Shown in pieces: positions 11,001-18,439 of a stretch of 64,000 nt of DNA. The stretch's first letter is position 1, and every line of letters begins with the position of its first letter. The stretch covers positions 214,178-278,177 of the forward strand of contig CALXMS010000001.1 in NCBI GenBank assembly GCA_944389535.1, in the 5' to 3' direction. Source of the stretch: an uncultured Alphaproteobacteria bacterium (lineage in GTDB: Bacteria > Pseudomonadota > Alphaproteobacteria > Rs-D84). The position numbers and the translations under genes are program-made. The notes beneath the pieces are model-generated. The model saw only the letters and a list, made by a program, of their open reading frames with translations. It had not been told where the DNA came from and did not search any database.

Positions 11001-11037
11001 GGAAATTAGCCTTTGGGTCTGTTTTTGGGTATGCCAT
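8011..11037 (-). CDS. ileS: Isoleucyl-tRNA synthetase, type 2 (eukaryote/archaea-like)
   Basis: FYDGPPF, HWGH, GWDCHGLP, WTTTPWTLP, WSISRNRFWG, EGQDQTRGWF, KFSKS; long type-2 C-terminus (DELNVK...SDRI) without a Zn finger. Confidence 0.97.
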   Translation of the reverse strand: MAYPKTDPKANFPELEHQVLEFWRKDDTFHKSLNKTKLGHPFSFYDGPPFGNGLPHWGHLGVSAIKDMVGRYQTMRGKHVVRELGWDCHGLPAENSVEKKQGKQAKDIVAEQGIDAFCDMCRTDVLTYTKEWEKFIERMGRWVDVGEGYGYKTMDKNYMESMLWTLKSLYEKGLLYKDYSVNPFDWVNGTVVSNSEASQDYRDVVDDAVTVWFELENGDRVLAWTTTPWTLPANSALAVNPNMKYLRMKDSDGAVYVIAESRLKAYEKQFANAEKIGDVVGKDLVGLHYKPLFNYYENTSDLLYQVIPAEYVSDEDGTGIVHIAPAYGADDFWAAKDIDPKFPVILNVDNYGNFTEEVKDWAGENIFEANPKIIQYLRDNGHLVKKEQYKHSYPYSDRSKEKLIYRATDSWYIDVPKIRDMLIANNKKVNWTSAGERFRTWIEGARPWSISRNRFWGTPLPIWEKDGEYKVFGSIKELEDFFGVKVEDLHRPTLDKLTKDGWKRITDVLDCWVESGSMPWASLHYPFENQDKFKATFPADYIIEGQDQTRGWFYSLMVLATALFDKPAFKAVSANGMVVDENKKKFSKSLKNFVNPEEQIEQFGADAIRLFIQGSNFLKAEPVPVDKEGKVFAEPTKTILTPLWNAYHFFTLYANAGNITARDNAVSESALDKYIIAELSELVSVVGNALDEYKPDVAIKEFIRFLDVLNNWYIRRSRERFWDEDQDAFDTLYYVLTTVCRALAPFAPFISDYIYRNLTGSESVHLQSFPDKTEYDHKIVEDMRRVQSVVSVGKQLREQYKLRNRLPLAKLTVAGANLENYANIIRDELNVKHVEFTDDISAVADSFVYLITPKIGARLGGALKEIIPAVKQGKYEISDGKLNVGSYSLNSDEFEKRLTVKDGVTGTALPDNTAVVVLDTEINSELVAEGLANDALRFIQDTRKTMGLDVSDRINMEYSADPALANAIEQHKERIMSEALIKNMSQNTSGEYNTEIEGYNLSISITKA

Positions 11038-11059
11038 ATTGTGTACTCCTTAGCATTAT

Positions 11060-11082
11060 AAAAAACGGGCGCCTATGCGCCC
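11060..11082 (-). terminator. Attenuator terminator upstream of ileS
   Basis: Minus strand GGGCGC-ATAG-GCGCCC-GTTTTTT. Confidence 0.8.
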
Positions 11083-11110
11083 CAGCCACGTGCAGAAGCG
11101 CAGTGCTGAG

Positions 11111-11143
11111 TTATTTTATAATAATTATCATTGCCTTTTTCAT
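11111..11143 (-). CDS. Ile-rich leader peptide MKKAMIIIIK (ileS attenuator)
   Basis: ATG AAA AAG GCA ATG ATA ATT ATT ATA AAA TAA: four tandem Ile codons directly upstream of antiterminator/terminator and ileS. Confidence 0.8.
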   Translation of the reverse strand: MKKAMIIIIK

Positions 11144-11153
11144 ATTAAATCTG

Positions 11154-11229
11154 TGGTGCCGGTTATAGGACTTGAACCTACGACCCCCTCATTACGAATG
11201 AGATGCTCTACCAGCTGAGCTAAACCGGC
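11154..11229 (-). tRNA. tRNA-Thr(CGT)
   Basis: GCCGGTT acceptor, anticodon loop TT-CGT-AA, TTCAA T-loop, encoded ACCA. Confidence 0.96.
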
Positions 11230-11356
11230 ATATGCGTGTTATCTTAATATATGTTTCCATGAATTTCCAGTATATTTTATTTATCTTATTTTATTGCTAA
11301 ATATGAATAAATTCATTAAGATATTTATGCATATTTGACTATAAAAAGGGAAAAAA

Positions 11357-11926
11357 ATGAAAAAAATATTTTTAACAACAATTTTAGCAATATTACCAAT
11401 ATCTGCGTTTGCAGAAATAGAATATAAAATTATAAAACCAAAATTTTTTGTAGAATATGGTGCCACTATATTATCAAGTAATGGCATAAAAACCAAAGCT
11501 AATGATACAGTTGTTTCAGATGTTGATACGTTAACTTTTAATGCAGGAAATGCATTATTTGTTGGTGGAGATTTTAATGGTGTTCAATTGGGTTTTTCAC
11601 CATCGTATACAGACCAAGAAGGAACATCAGAATTTGATTTGTTATTAAAGTTAGATATACCTTTTATGGAAGGTAATTTTCAACCGTATTTTTCTTTATC
11701 TGCTGGGTTGGGTATAATGAGTATGGATGATTTAAATATAGATAACGAGCTTAGTTTTGCATATGGTATAGGTGGTGGAGTGAAATATAGTTTCAGTGAA
11801 AATATTTATATGAAATTTGGCTTAGAATATGCAGGAATAAGTTTTTCTACATCAGTTGAAAATGTAGATATTGATTTAACATCTTCTGGATTTGGGCTAA
11901 CAGCTAATTTTGGATATGTGTTTTAA
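11357..11926 (+). CDS. Outer-membrane beta-barrel protein (OmpA/OmpW-like 8-stranded)
   Basis: Signal peptide (SAFA), PYFSLSAGLG, FAYGIGGGVKY, terminal GYVF; very AT-rich. Confidence 0.85.
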   Translation: MKKIFLTTILAILPISAFAEIEYKIIKPKFFVEYGATILSSNGIKTKANDTVVSDVDTLTFNAGNALFVGGDFNGVQLGFSPSYTDQEGTSEFDLLLKLDIPFMEGNFQPYFSLSAGLGIMSMDDLNIDNELSFAYGIGGGVKYSFSENIYMKFGLEYAGISFSTSVENVDIDLTSSGFGLTANFGYVF

Positions 11927-11927
11927 T

Positions 11928-11955
11928 AAAAAAGGGCGTATCTAGCGCCTTTTTT
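11928..11955. terminator. Bidirectional terminator
   Basis: A-tract GGGCG...CGCCT T-tract between convergent genes. Confidence 0.7.
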
Positions 11956-11957
11956 AT

Positions 11958-13610
11958 TTAGTTGTTTCCACATTTAATTTTACGCAAAACTACCATTATT
12001 CCTGCAGGTGTCATACCTGGTATTCTGGATAAGTCCGCTATGTTTTCAGGACGTGTTGCAGTTAGTTTTTCTATTAACTCATTAGTTAACCCCGGCAGAT
12101 TTTTATATTCAAAATTTACAGGTATTTTCATCGCAGCGTCGCGTTTATATGATGCGATTTCGCGTTCGTTTCTTTGAATGTAGCCAGCGTAAAATTTATC
12201 GTTTTCTTTTATCTTTTCTGCGCGAATTGCATATTTTCTATCAAAATCTTCTTCTGTAATAAGCCCCAGTTTTACGGCAATTTTCCCCAGACGTACAATC
12301 GCATTATCACTGCGTAATGATAACCTGTATTCCGCACGTGATGTAAACATGCGGTATGGTTCATCTACGCCTAGTGTTGTTATATCATCAATTAATACGC
12401 CGATCATAGAATTTGTTCTGTCCAGATTTAATGTATCCTTTCCTAATGCAAATGCAGCGGCATTAGCACCAGCTACAATACCCTGCGCTGCGGCTTCTTC
12501 ATAACCAGATGTTCCATTAATTTGACCTGCAAAGAACAAACCTGAGATATCTTTTGATTCCAAAGTTTCTTTTAACGCACGTGCGTCAATTGCGTCATAT
12601 TCAATTGCGTAACCATAGCGCACAATTTTGGCCTTTGCTAAACCAGGTATTGTACGAATCCATACGTCTTGAATGTCTGCGCCAAAACTTGTTGATATAC
12701 CGTTCGGGTAAATCAAATTACTGTTTAAACCTTCTGGTTCTAAGAAAACATGATGGGACAAGTGTTCTGGAAATCGCATAATTTTGTCTTCTAGTGATGG
12801 ACAATAACGTGGGCCAGTTCCTCGTATATCACCGTTATACATCGGTGCATTTGAAATGTTTTCGCGAATTATATCGTGCGTGCGCCGGGTCGTATGAGTT
12901 ATATAGCATACTGCGTCATAATTATTATCTGGATTTGGTGCAGAAAACCAATCGTGTGGATTGTCGCCTGGTTGCAGTTCGCATACAGAAAAATCTATTG
13001 ATGTTTTATCTATACGTGCCGGTGTTCCCGTTTTTAAGCGCATTATGTTAAACCCAGCATCTGATAAGATACAAGAAATATTTCTATCTGGTGCTTGGTA
13101 TTCGCCGCTATCAGTTATACGTCCTGAAGGAACTTTTTCGTCACCTCTTGTTACCAAACCATGTAAAAAAGTTCCTGTTGTTAAAATGAGGGCTTTTGCA
13201 GAATATTTATTGTTTACAACTTTATTTGCTATATCTAAATTTTCAACAGTTTCAAAAAGAACAGTTAGATTTTTATAATTTTTCAGAATTTTTACTATTT
13301 CGTTGTGGTAAAGTGAACGATCTATTTGTGCGCGTAACGCTTGCGTTGCGGCACCGTGGGACGCATTCAAAGTACGGAAATGAATACCAGATGCATCTGC
13401 AGCTATGCTCATGACGCCGCCCAATGCGTCAATTTCTGCAACCATTTGTGATTTGCCGGGACCACCAATACTTGGGTTACAAGACATTGCCCCTAAGTCC
13501 ATTTCGCACTGGGTAAGCAACAAAGTACGTGCACCACGTCGAGAAGACGCTGTTGCAGCCTCTACCCCGGCGTGACCACCACCAATAACGATTACATCGA
13601 ATTCTGTCAT
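11958..13610 (-). CDS. mnmG: tRNA uridine-5-carboxymethylaminomethyl modification enzyme MnmG (GidA)
   Basis: [64 protein letters not shown]. Confidence 0.98.
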   Translation of the reverse strand: MTEFDVIVIGGGHAGVEAATASSRRGARTLLLTQCEMDLGAMSCNPSIGGPGKSQMVAEIDALGGVMSIAADASGIHFRTLNASHGAATQALRAQIDRSLYHNEIVKILKNYKNLTVLFETVENLDIANKVVNNKYSAKALILTTGTFLHGLVTRGDEKVPSGRITDSGEYQAPDRNISCILSDAGFNIMRLKTGTPARIDKTSIDFSVCELQPGDNPHDWFSAPNPDNNYDAVCYITHTTRRTHDIIRENISNAPMYNGDIRGTGPRYCPSLEDKIMRFPEHLSHHVFLEPEGLNSNLIYPNGISTSFGADIQDVWIRTIPGLAKAKIVRYGYAIEYDAIDARALKETLESKDISGLFFAGQINGTSGYEEAAAQGIVAGANAAAFALGKDTLNLDRTNSMIGVLIDDITTLGVDEPYRMFTSRAEYRLSLRSDNAIVRLGKIAVKLGLITEEDFDRKYAIRAEKIKENDKFYAGYIQRNEREIASYKRDAAMKIPVNFEYKNLPGLTNELIEKLTATRPENIADLSRIPGMTPAGIMVVLRKIKCGNN

Positions 13611-13625
13611 TTTATATTAGTTATA

Positions 13626-14354
13626 TTAGAAACGCCCCATGCCACCGTTTATATGTAATACCTGACCGTTTATATAAGAAGCTTCATCTGAGGCCAAGAA
13701 TACACATGCGTTTGCAATGTCTTCTGGTTCACCAAAGCGTCCAGCCGGGATTTGTGCTAAGTATGATTTTTTTAATTCATCAGACAAAACATCTGTCATA
13801 GGTGTTTTAATAAAACCAGGAGCAATGCAGTTAGCCGTAATACCACGGGAACCTACTTCTGCAGCAATGGACTTAGTCATTGCAATCATACCGCCTTTTG
13901 AGGCAGCATAATTTGCCTGTCCTGGTCCACCGATTGTACCGATTATAGATGCCATGTTAATTATACGACCAAAGCGGTTTTTCATCATCGGCATAATGAC
14001 AGCGCGACACATTTTAAAGCATGAACGTAAGTTAGTGTTTATAACATCTTCAAATTGGTCGTCAGTCATACGCATTAACAAAGTATCTTTTGTGATACCA
14101 GCGTTGTTAACGACAATATCTATTTTACCGGCCGTATCAATTGTTGATTGAACCAAATCAATTGCACCGTTGTCAGACGCTAAATCAATCGGAATTTTAA
14201 TATATGAGTTGTCAAATTGAGCGTCTAGTTTATCTATACTGCGACCAGACACAACGACAGTTGCTCCCGCTTCTTTCATTTTTCTTGCGATTGCACCACC
14301 TATACCACCTGTTGCACCTGTGATTAATGCTACTTTACCTGTTAAATTAAACAT
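13626..14354 (-). CDS. fabG: 3-oxoacyl-ACP reductase
   Basis: TGATGGIG, NNAGITKD, YAASK; follows fabD. Confidence 0.96.
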   Translation of the reverse strand: MFNLTGKVALITGATGGIGGAIARKMKEAGATVVVSGRSIDKLDAQFDNSYIKIPIDLASDNGAIDLVQSTIDTAGKIDIVVNNAGITKDTLLMRMTDDQFEDVINTNLRSCFKMCRAVIMPMMKNRFGRIINMASIIGTIGGPGQANYAASKGGMIAMTKSIAAEVGSRGITANCIAPGFIKTPMTDVLSDELKKSYLAQIPAGRFGEPEDIANACVFLASDEASYINGQVLHINGGMGRF

Positions 14355-14356
14355 TT

Positions 14357-15232
14357 TTATATCTCCAATTTTTTAGATGTCATATCTGAGCAAATGCGCC
14401 CAGTTAAACCAGTTAAAACGTTGCCTGGTCCAACTTCAATTGTTTCTGTAATGCCAAGTTCGTGCATTTTTAGAACAGATTCACGCCAGTGAACGCCATG
14501 TGTAATTTGGTATACCAAAGCCTCTTTTATTTCTGCTGGATCAGACATAGGAGCCGCAGTTTTATTAGATATTAAAATTGCTTTTGGCGTTTTGATTTCT
14601 ATACTTTCTAACGCTGCGCGCATTTCGTCTGCGGCTGGTGCTTGAATGCGACAATGTACTGGTACAGATAACGCTAATGGCATAGCTCGTTTTGCACCAG
14701 ATTCTTTTGCCAATGCCATAGTTTTTTCTACGACATCTTTTGCACCAGATATAACTACCTGTCCGGGTGAATTATCATTCGCAACATCACAGTCTGTCTG
14801 TGTGCAAATTTCACGTATTTTCTCAATATCTAGACCTAATATAACGGCTGTTAATCCTTCGCCGACGGGAACAGCTCGTTGCATGGCGTCACCGCGTAAA
14901 CGTAACAATCTGGCGGTATCCGCTAAAGACAAAGCACCAGCTGCGCATAATGCAGTATATTCACCCAAACTGTGTCCGGCAACGTATTCTGTTAATTGTA
15001 CGCCACTTGCGCGTAACATAGCTATCGATACTGCCATAATTGCCGGTTGAACATTTGTTGTTAAAGTAAGGTCTTCCATCGGACCGTTAAATATAATATC
15101 AGATAGTTTTTGATTCAACGCATCATCAACCTCATCAAATACGGCGCGTGCGTCAGGATTGTTTTCATATAAGTCTTTTCCCATCCCAACGGTTTGCGAA
15201 CCTTGACCGGGGAAAACAAGTATAGATGCCAT
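14357..15232 (-). CDS. fabD: Malonyl-CoA:ACP transacylase
   Basis: FPGQGSQ, GHSLGEY; start moved to MASILV after SD GGAG. Confidence 0.96.
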   Translation of the reverse strand: MASILVFPGQGSQTVGMGKDLYENNPDARAVFDEVDDALNQKLSDIIFNGPMEDLTLTTNVQPAIMAVSIAMLRASGVQLTEYVAGHSLGEYTALCAAGALSLADTARLLRLRGDAMQRAVPVGEGLTAVILGLDIEKIREICTQTDCDVANDNSPGQVVISGAKDVVEKTMALAKESGAKRAMPLALSVPVHCRIQAPAADEMRAALESIEIKTPKAILISNKTAAPMSDPAEIKEALVYQITHGVHWRESVLKMHELGITETIEVGPGNVLTGLTGRICSDMTSKKLEI

Positions 15233-15288
15233 ATAAACTCCTTTAAACTTGAGTTCATTATAGAATTGAAAACCCACAATCGCAAATA

Positions 15289-15861
15289 TTATCTGACGGG
15301 AACTGTTTTAGATATTGTTTCGCCCTTTTCATTCGTTTCTTTGCGAATAGAAAATTCACAACCACAATAATTTTGGCGATAAAAGTTAAATTCATGACCT
15401 ATTTTTTGACGTAAAGCCTCATCCCAGTTTATTGGAATATATTGAGTACCAAGTGCCGATGTGCCCGCACGATCAACTTGAGACTGGTCCTTGTGACGAG
15501 ATACCCCAAACACAGATGTAATCGCATCATAACCGCGTTCTTGGGCCCATTTTTTTGCATATTCAAATCTAAACTGAAAACATTTACTGCAACGTGAACC
15601 GCGTTCTGGTTCTGATTCCAAACCTTTTATAGCGTTGCGCCATTCGTCGTGATTATATTCACCAATGGCATACTTTACGCCAAGTTTTTCACAATATTTA
15701 ATTTGTTCGTAAAGTCTTTTATCATATTCAGCAGCAGGGAAAATGTTTGGGTTAAAGAATAACACTATAAAATCTTCTACGCCAGATATTGCACCTTCTG
15801 CTAGTTGTTTTATTGCGCCTGCACTGCACGGCGCGCAACAAGACATAAGAACTAACTTCAT
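15289..15861 (-). CDS. queH: Epoxyqueuosine reductase QueH family
   Basis: CCAPC, NPNI, EPERGSRCSKC, YRQNYCGC. Confidence 0.9.
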   Translation of the reverse strand: MKLVLMSCCAPCSAGAIKQLAEGAISGVEDFIVLFFNPNIFPAAEYDKRLYEQIKYCEKLGVKYAIGEYNHDEWRNAIKGLESEPERGSRCSKCFQFRFEYAKKWAQERGYDAITSVFGVSRHKDQSQVDRAGTSALGTQYIPINWDEALRQKIGHEFNFYRQNYCGCEFSIRKETNEKGETISKTVPVR

Positions 15862-15862
15862 A

Positions 15863-16129
15863 TTATCTAGTAAATTTATAACTACGCAATCTTATTGCGC
15901 GTTTTACTACTGTTATGGCTTTGTTGTAATCTTTTGTATTTATTTGTATAACGTCATATTCGTTCAAAGTAGTATTCGGTAATCTTTGTTGTATATATTC
16001 GTATACTTTGCAATTGTCCATTTGATTGCAGTTCATAAAATTACGACATTCCACACACGTCATTCTATCTACAAATACAGTTTGGTTATCATTTGAAATA
16101 ACTATGTCTATTTTTTTATTAAATATCAT
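15863..16129 (-). CDS. Hypothetical protein with Cys cluster
   Basis: 88 aa, SD AAGG, C-x2-C-x5-C-x5-C; tightly packed between metG and queH. Confidence 0.65.
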   Translation of the reverse strand: MIFNKKIDIVISNDNQTVFVDRMTCVECRNFMNCNQMDNCKVYEYIQQRLPNTTLNEYDVIQINTKDYNKAITVVKRAIRLRSYKFTR

Positions 16130-16139
16130 TTTTTACCTT

Positions 16140-18137
16140 TTATATAACTTTACCTATTTGTACATCTGGGTCTAATTCCACTATATCATTAGAATTTTCA
16201 CCCTGCCCCAATTCAGCAGCACTGCACATCATACCATAAGATTCTATACTTGCAACTGTTCTTTGCATTATAGGTTTTTTCGCCCCGGGTAATACACAAC
16301 CTATGGGAGCAAGTACCCCAATCAGACCTATACGAACATTTGGTGCGCCACATACAATTTGTAATTCATGATTTGTACCGTCATCAACCGTTAAAATATG
16401 CAGATTTTCTTGGGTTGGATGACTTTTTATTGCGACGATTTTTGCAGCAATTGGTTTTGGTGCGTCATCCAACTTTGGCACGTACTTTTCTTTCAGCGCT
16501 GCAATGGTTTCTTCATCTATACGTGTGAACAAGTTTTCTGGAACAGTAAATTCGGTACCGTCCGCTATACGTGACGTATAAGTTTCTGGCCATGACAGGT
16601 TTAAATCTGCGCTAAAGATTTTTCTGATTTTTTCTGCGGTGTCTGGAATAAAAGGAGCAGATGCACGTGCATATAAATCTATCAGTTGAAAGCATTGATT
16701 TAATACAGCACCGGCCGCATCTGTTTTACCGCCTTTAACCAATGCCCATGGTTCTTTAATGGTCATAAATTCATTACCAAGTGCGTATAAAGAACGCAAC
16801 GCAACAACGGCTGCACGGAATTCACAAGCATCCAACGCAGTTGTCAGTTCAGATAACTTTTCGTTAATCTGTGTGATTAAATTATCATCAGCAGAACCTG
16901 CCTTTGGAACCTGCAAACCAAAGTTTTTTTCTGTCAGTTTGCAAACGCGTGAAACAAAGTTCCCCAACATACCGTTTAGGTCTTTATTTACGATATCGGC
17001 AAAGCGAGAGAAGGTAAAGTCGGTATCGTCTGTTTCTGGTGCAGATGCGATCAAAGCGTAGCGCCATGCATCTGCAGGTGCAATTTCAATAGCCTGGTCT
17101 AAAAACACACCACGATTTTCAGACTTAGAGAACTTTCCACCTTCAAAGTTTAAGAAATTCATAGCCTTTAATTGATCAACCGTTTTCCAGTTGTCTTGCA
17201 GTGCTAATTGTTGTTCAGGGAATAACACAGCATGGAATTTCACGTTATCTTTTCCCATAAACTGTGCATAATGTGTTTTTGGGTTTTTCCACCAAGATTC
17301 CCAATCTTTATTTGCCGCCTGTGAAATAGAAACGTAACCCCATGGTGCATCAAACCAAACATAGAAAACTTTATTTTCATACCCTGGTTTGTTTACAGGA
17401 ATACCCCAAGACAAATCACGGGTAATGGAATAATCTTGTAAACATGCTTTTGCCCACCCTTGCGCAATATTTATTGCCGTCTTTGACCAATCTTTCGAGT
17501 TGTTTGCCAACCAGTCTTCCCATAATTGTTGAGCTTTTGATGCCAAAAAGAACAAGTTTTTTGTCGGTCTCATTTCAATATTAGTACTACCAGAAATGGT
17601 ACTGCGTGGGTTTAGTAATTCTGTTGCTTCATAAGTTGCACTGCACTTATCACATTGGTCACCACGGGCTTTTTCATAACCGCACTTTGGACATGTTCCA
17701 ACCAACTGACGGTCCGCTAAGAACATATTGTCATCAACTGAAAAAGGCTGTAATGTTTCGCGTTCTTCAATCAAACCCTGTTCATCAAGACGGGTGAATA
17801 AATCTTGAACCAATTTTTCTTGTAATTTTGTATGCGTACGTCCATAAAGGTCAAATGACATATTAAAGTCTTTTACAGCGCGTAGATGCTTTTCATAATA
17901 TTTAGTTGAATAATCAAAAGGTTTCATGTTTTCCTTCATTGCGCCGACGACAACAGGGGTACCATGCTCATCAGCACCACAAACATACAAAACGTCACGT
18001 CCGCATGCACGGCAGAAACGGGCGTAAATGTCAGAAGGTAACCAACATCCGATTAAATGACCTAGGTGTAATTCACCGTTTACGTAGGGCAATGCGGATG
18101 TTATTAAATATTTTTGTTTTTTGTCGTTGTTTGTCAT
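16140..18137 (-). CDS. metG: Methionyl-tRNA synthetase with C-terminal tRNA-binding OB domain
   Basis: TSALPYVNG, HLGH, GADEHG, CPKC/CDKC knuckles, YVWFDA, KFSKS. Confidence 0.98.
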   Translation of the reverse strand: MTNNDKKQKYLITSALPYVNGELHLGHLIGCWLPSDIYARFCRACGRDVLYVCGADEHGTPVVVGAMKENMKPFDYSTKYYEKHLRAVKDFNMSFDLYGRTHTKLQEKLVQDLFTRLDEQGLIEERETLQPFSVDDNMFLADRQLVGTCPKCGYEKARGDQCDKCSATYEATELLNPRSTISGSTNIEMRPTKNLFFLASKAQQLWEDWLANNSKDWSKTAINIAQGWAKACLQDYSITRDLSWGIPVNKPGYENKVFYVWFDAPWGYVSISQAANKDWESWWKNPKTHYAQFMGKDNVKFHAVLFPEQQLALQDNWKTVDQLKAMNFLNFEGGKFSKSENRGVFLDQAIEIAPADAWRYALIASAPETDDTDFTFSRFADIVNKDLNGMLGNFVSRVCKLTEKNFGLQVPKAGSADDNLITQINEKLSELTTALDACEFRAAVVALRSLYALGNEFMTIKEPWALVKGGKTDAAGAVLNQCFQLIDLYARASAPFIPDTAEKIRKIFSADLNLSWPETYTSRIADGTEFTVPENLFTRIDEETIAALKEKYVPKLDDAPKPIAAKIVAIKSHPTQENLHILTVDDGTNHELQIVCGAPNVRIGLIGVLAPIGCVLPGAKKPIMQRTVASIESYGMMCSAAELGQGENSNDIVELDPDVQIGKVI

Positions 18138-18151
18138 TTGTTAACCTTTTA

Positions 18152-18183
18152 ATTAAATAATATAGGCGCCCAACGGGCGCCCA
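18152..18183 (-). terminator. GC-rich hairpin / putative attenuator terminator upstream of metG
   Basis: TGGGCGCCC-GTT-GGGCGCCTA followed by TATTATTT (imperfect U tract). Confidence 0.6.
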
Positions 18184-18212
18184 ATGAATCCCGTCAGAGT
18201 TTTTTATTAAAA

Positions 18213-18230
18213 TTAATTGTACATTCGCAT
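18213..18230 (-). CDS. Putative Met-containing leader peptide MRMYN
   Basis: ATG CGA ATG TAC AAT TAA preceded by GGAA, between tRNA-Val and the metG hairpin. Confidence 0.5.
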   Translation of the reverse strand: MRMYN

Positions 18231-18256
18231 AATTTTTATTTCCGTTTTTTCTTAAC

Positions 18257-18333
18257 TGGTGGGTGGTATTGGACTCGAACCAACGACCTTTACGATGTCA
18301 ACGTAACGCTCTAACCAACTGAGCTAACCACCC
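18257..18333 (-). tRNA. tRNA-Val(GAC)
   Basis: GGGTGGT acceptor, TTACG-TT-GAC-AT-CGTAA, TTCGA, ACCA. Confidence 0.96.
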
Positions 18334-18410
18334 AAAACTTTACGGATTATATCAAAGATATTCATGATTGCAATATTAAAGTAAAAGAAAACTAGTCTGT
18401 TTCCCCTAAA

Positions 18411-18439
18411 ATAAAACCGTACATGGCGTACGGTTTTAT
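18411..18439 (-). terminator. Terminator after accC
   Basis: AAAACCGTAC...GTACGGTTTT. Confidence 0.75.

Noticed and set aside
11041-11153. T-box riboswitch before ileS (and before metG)
   Set aside because: Spacers are too short and lack the UGGNACC T-box bulge and stem I
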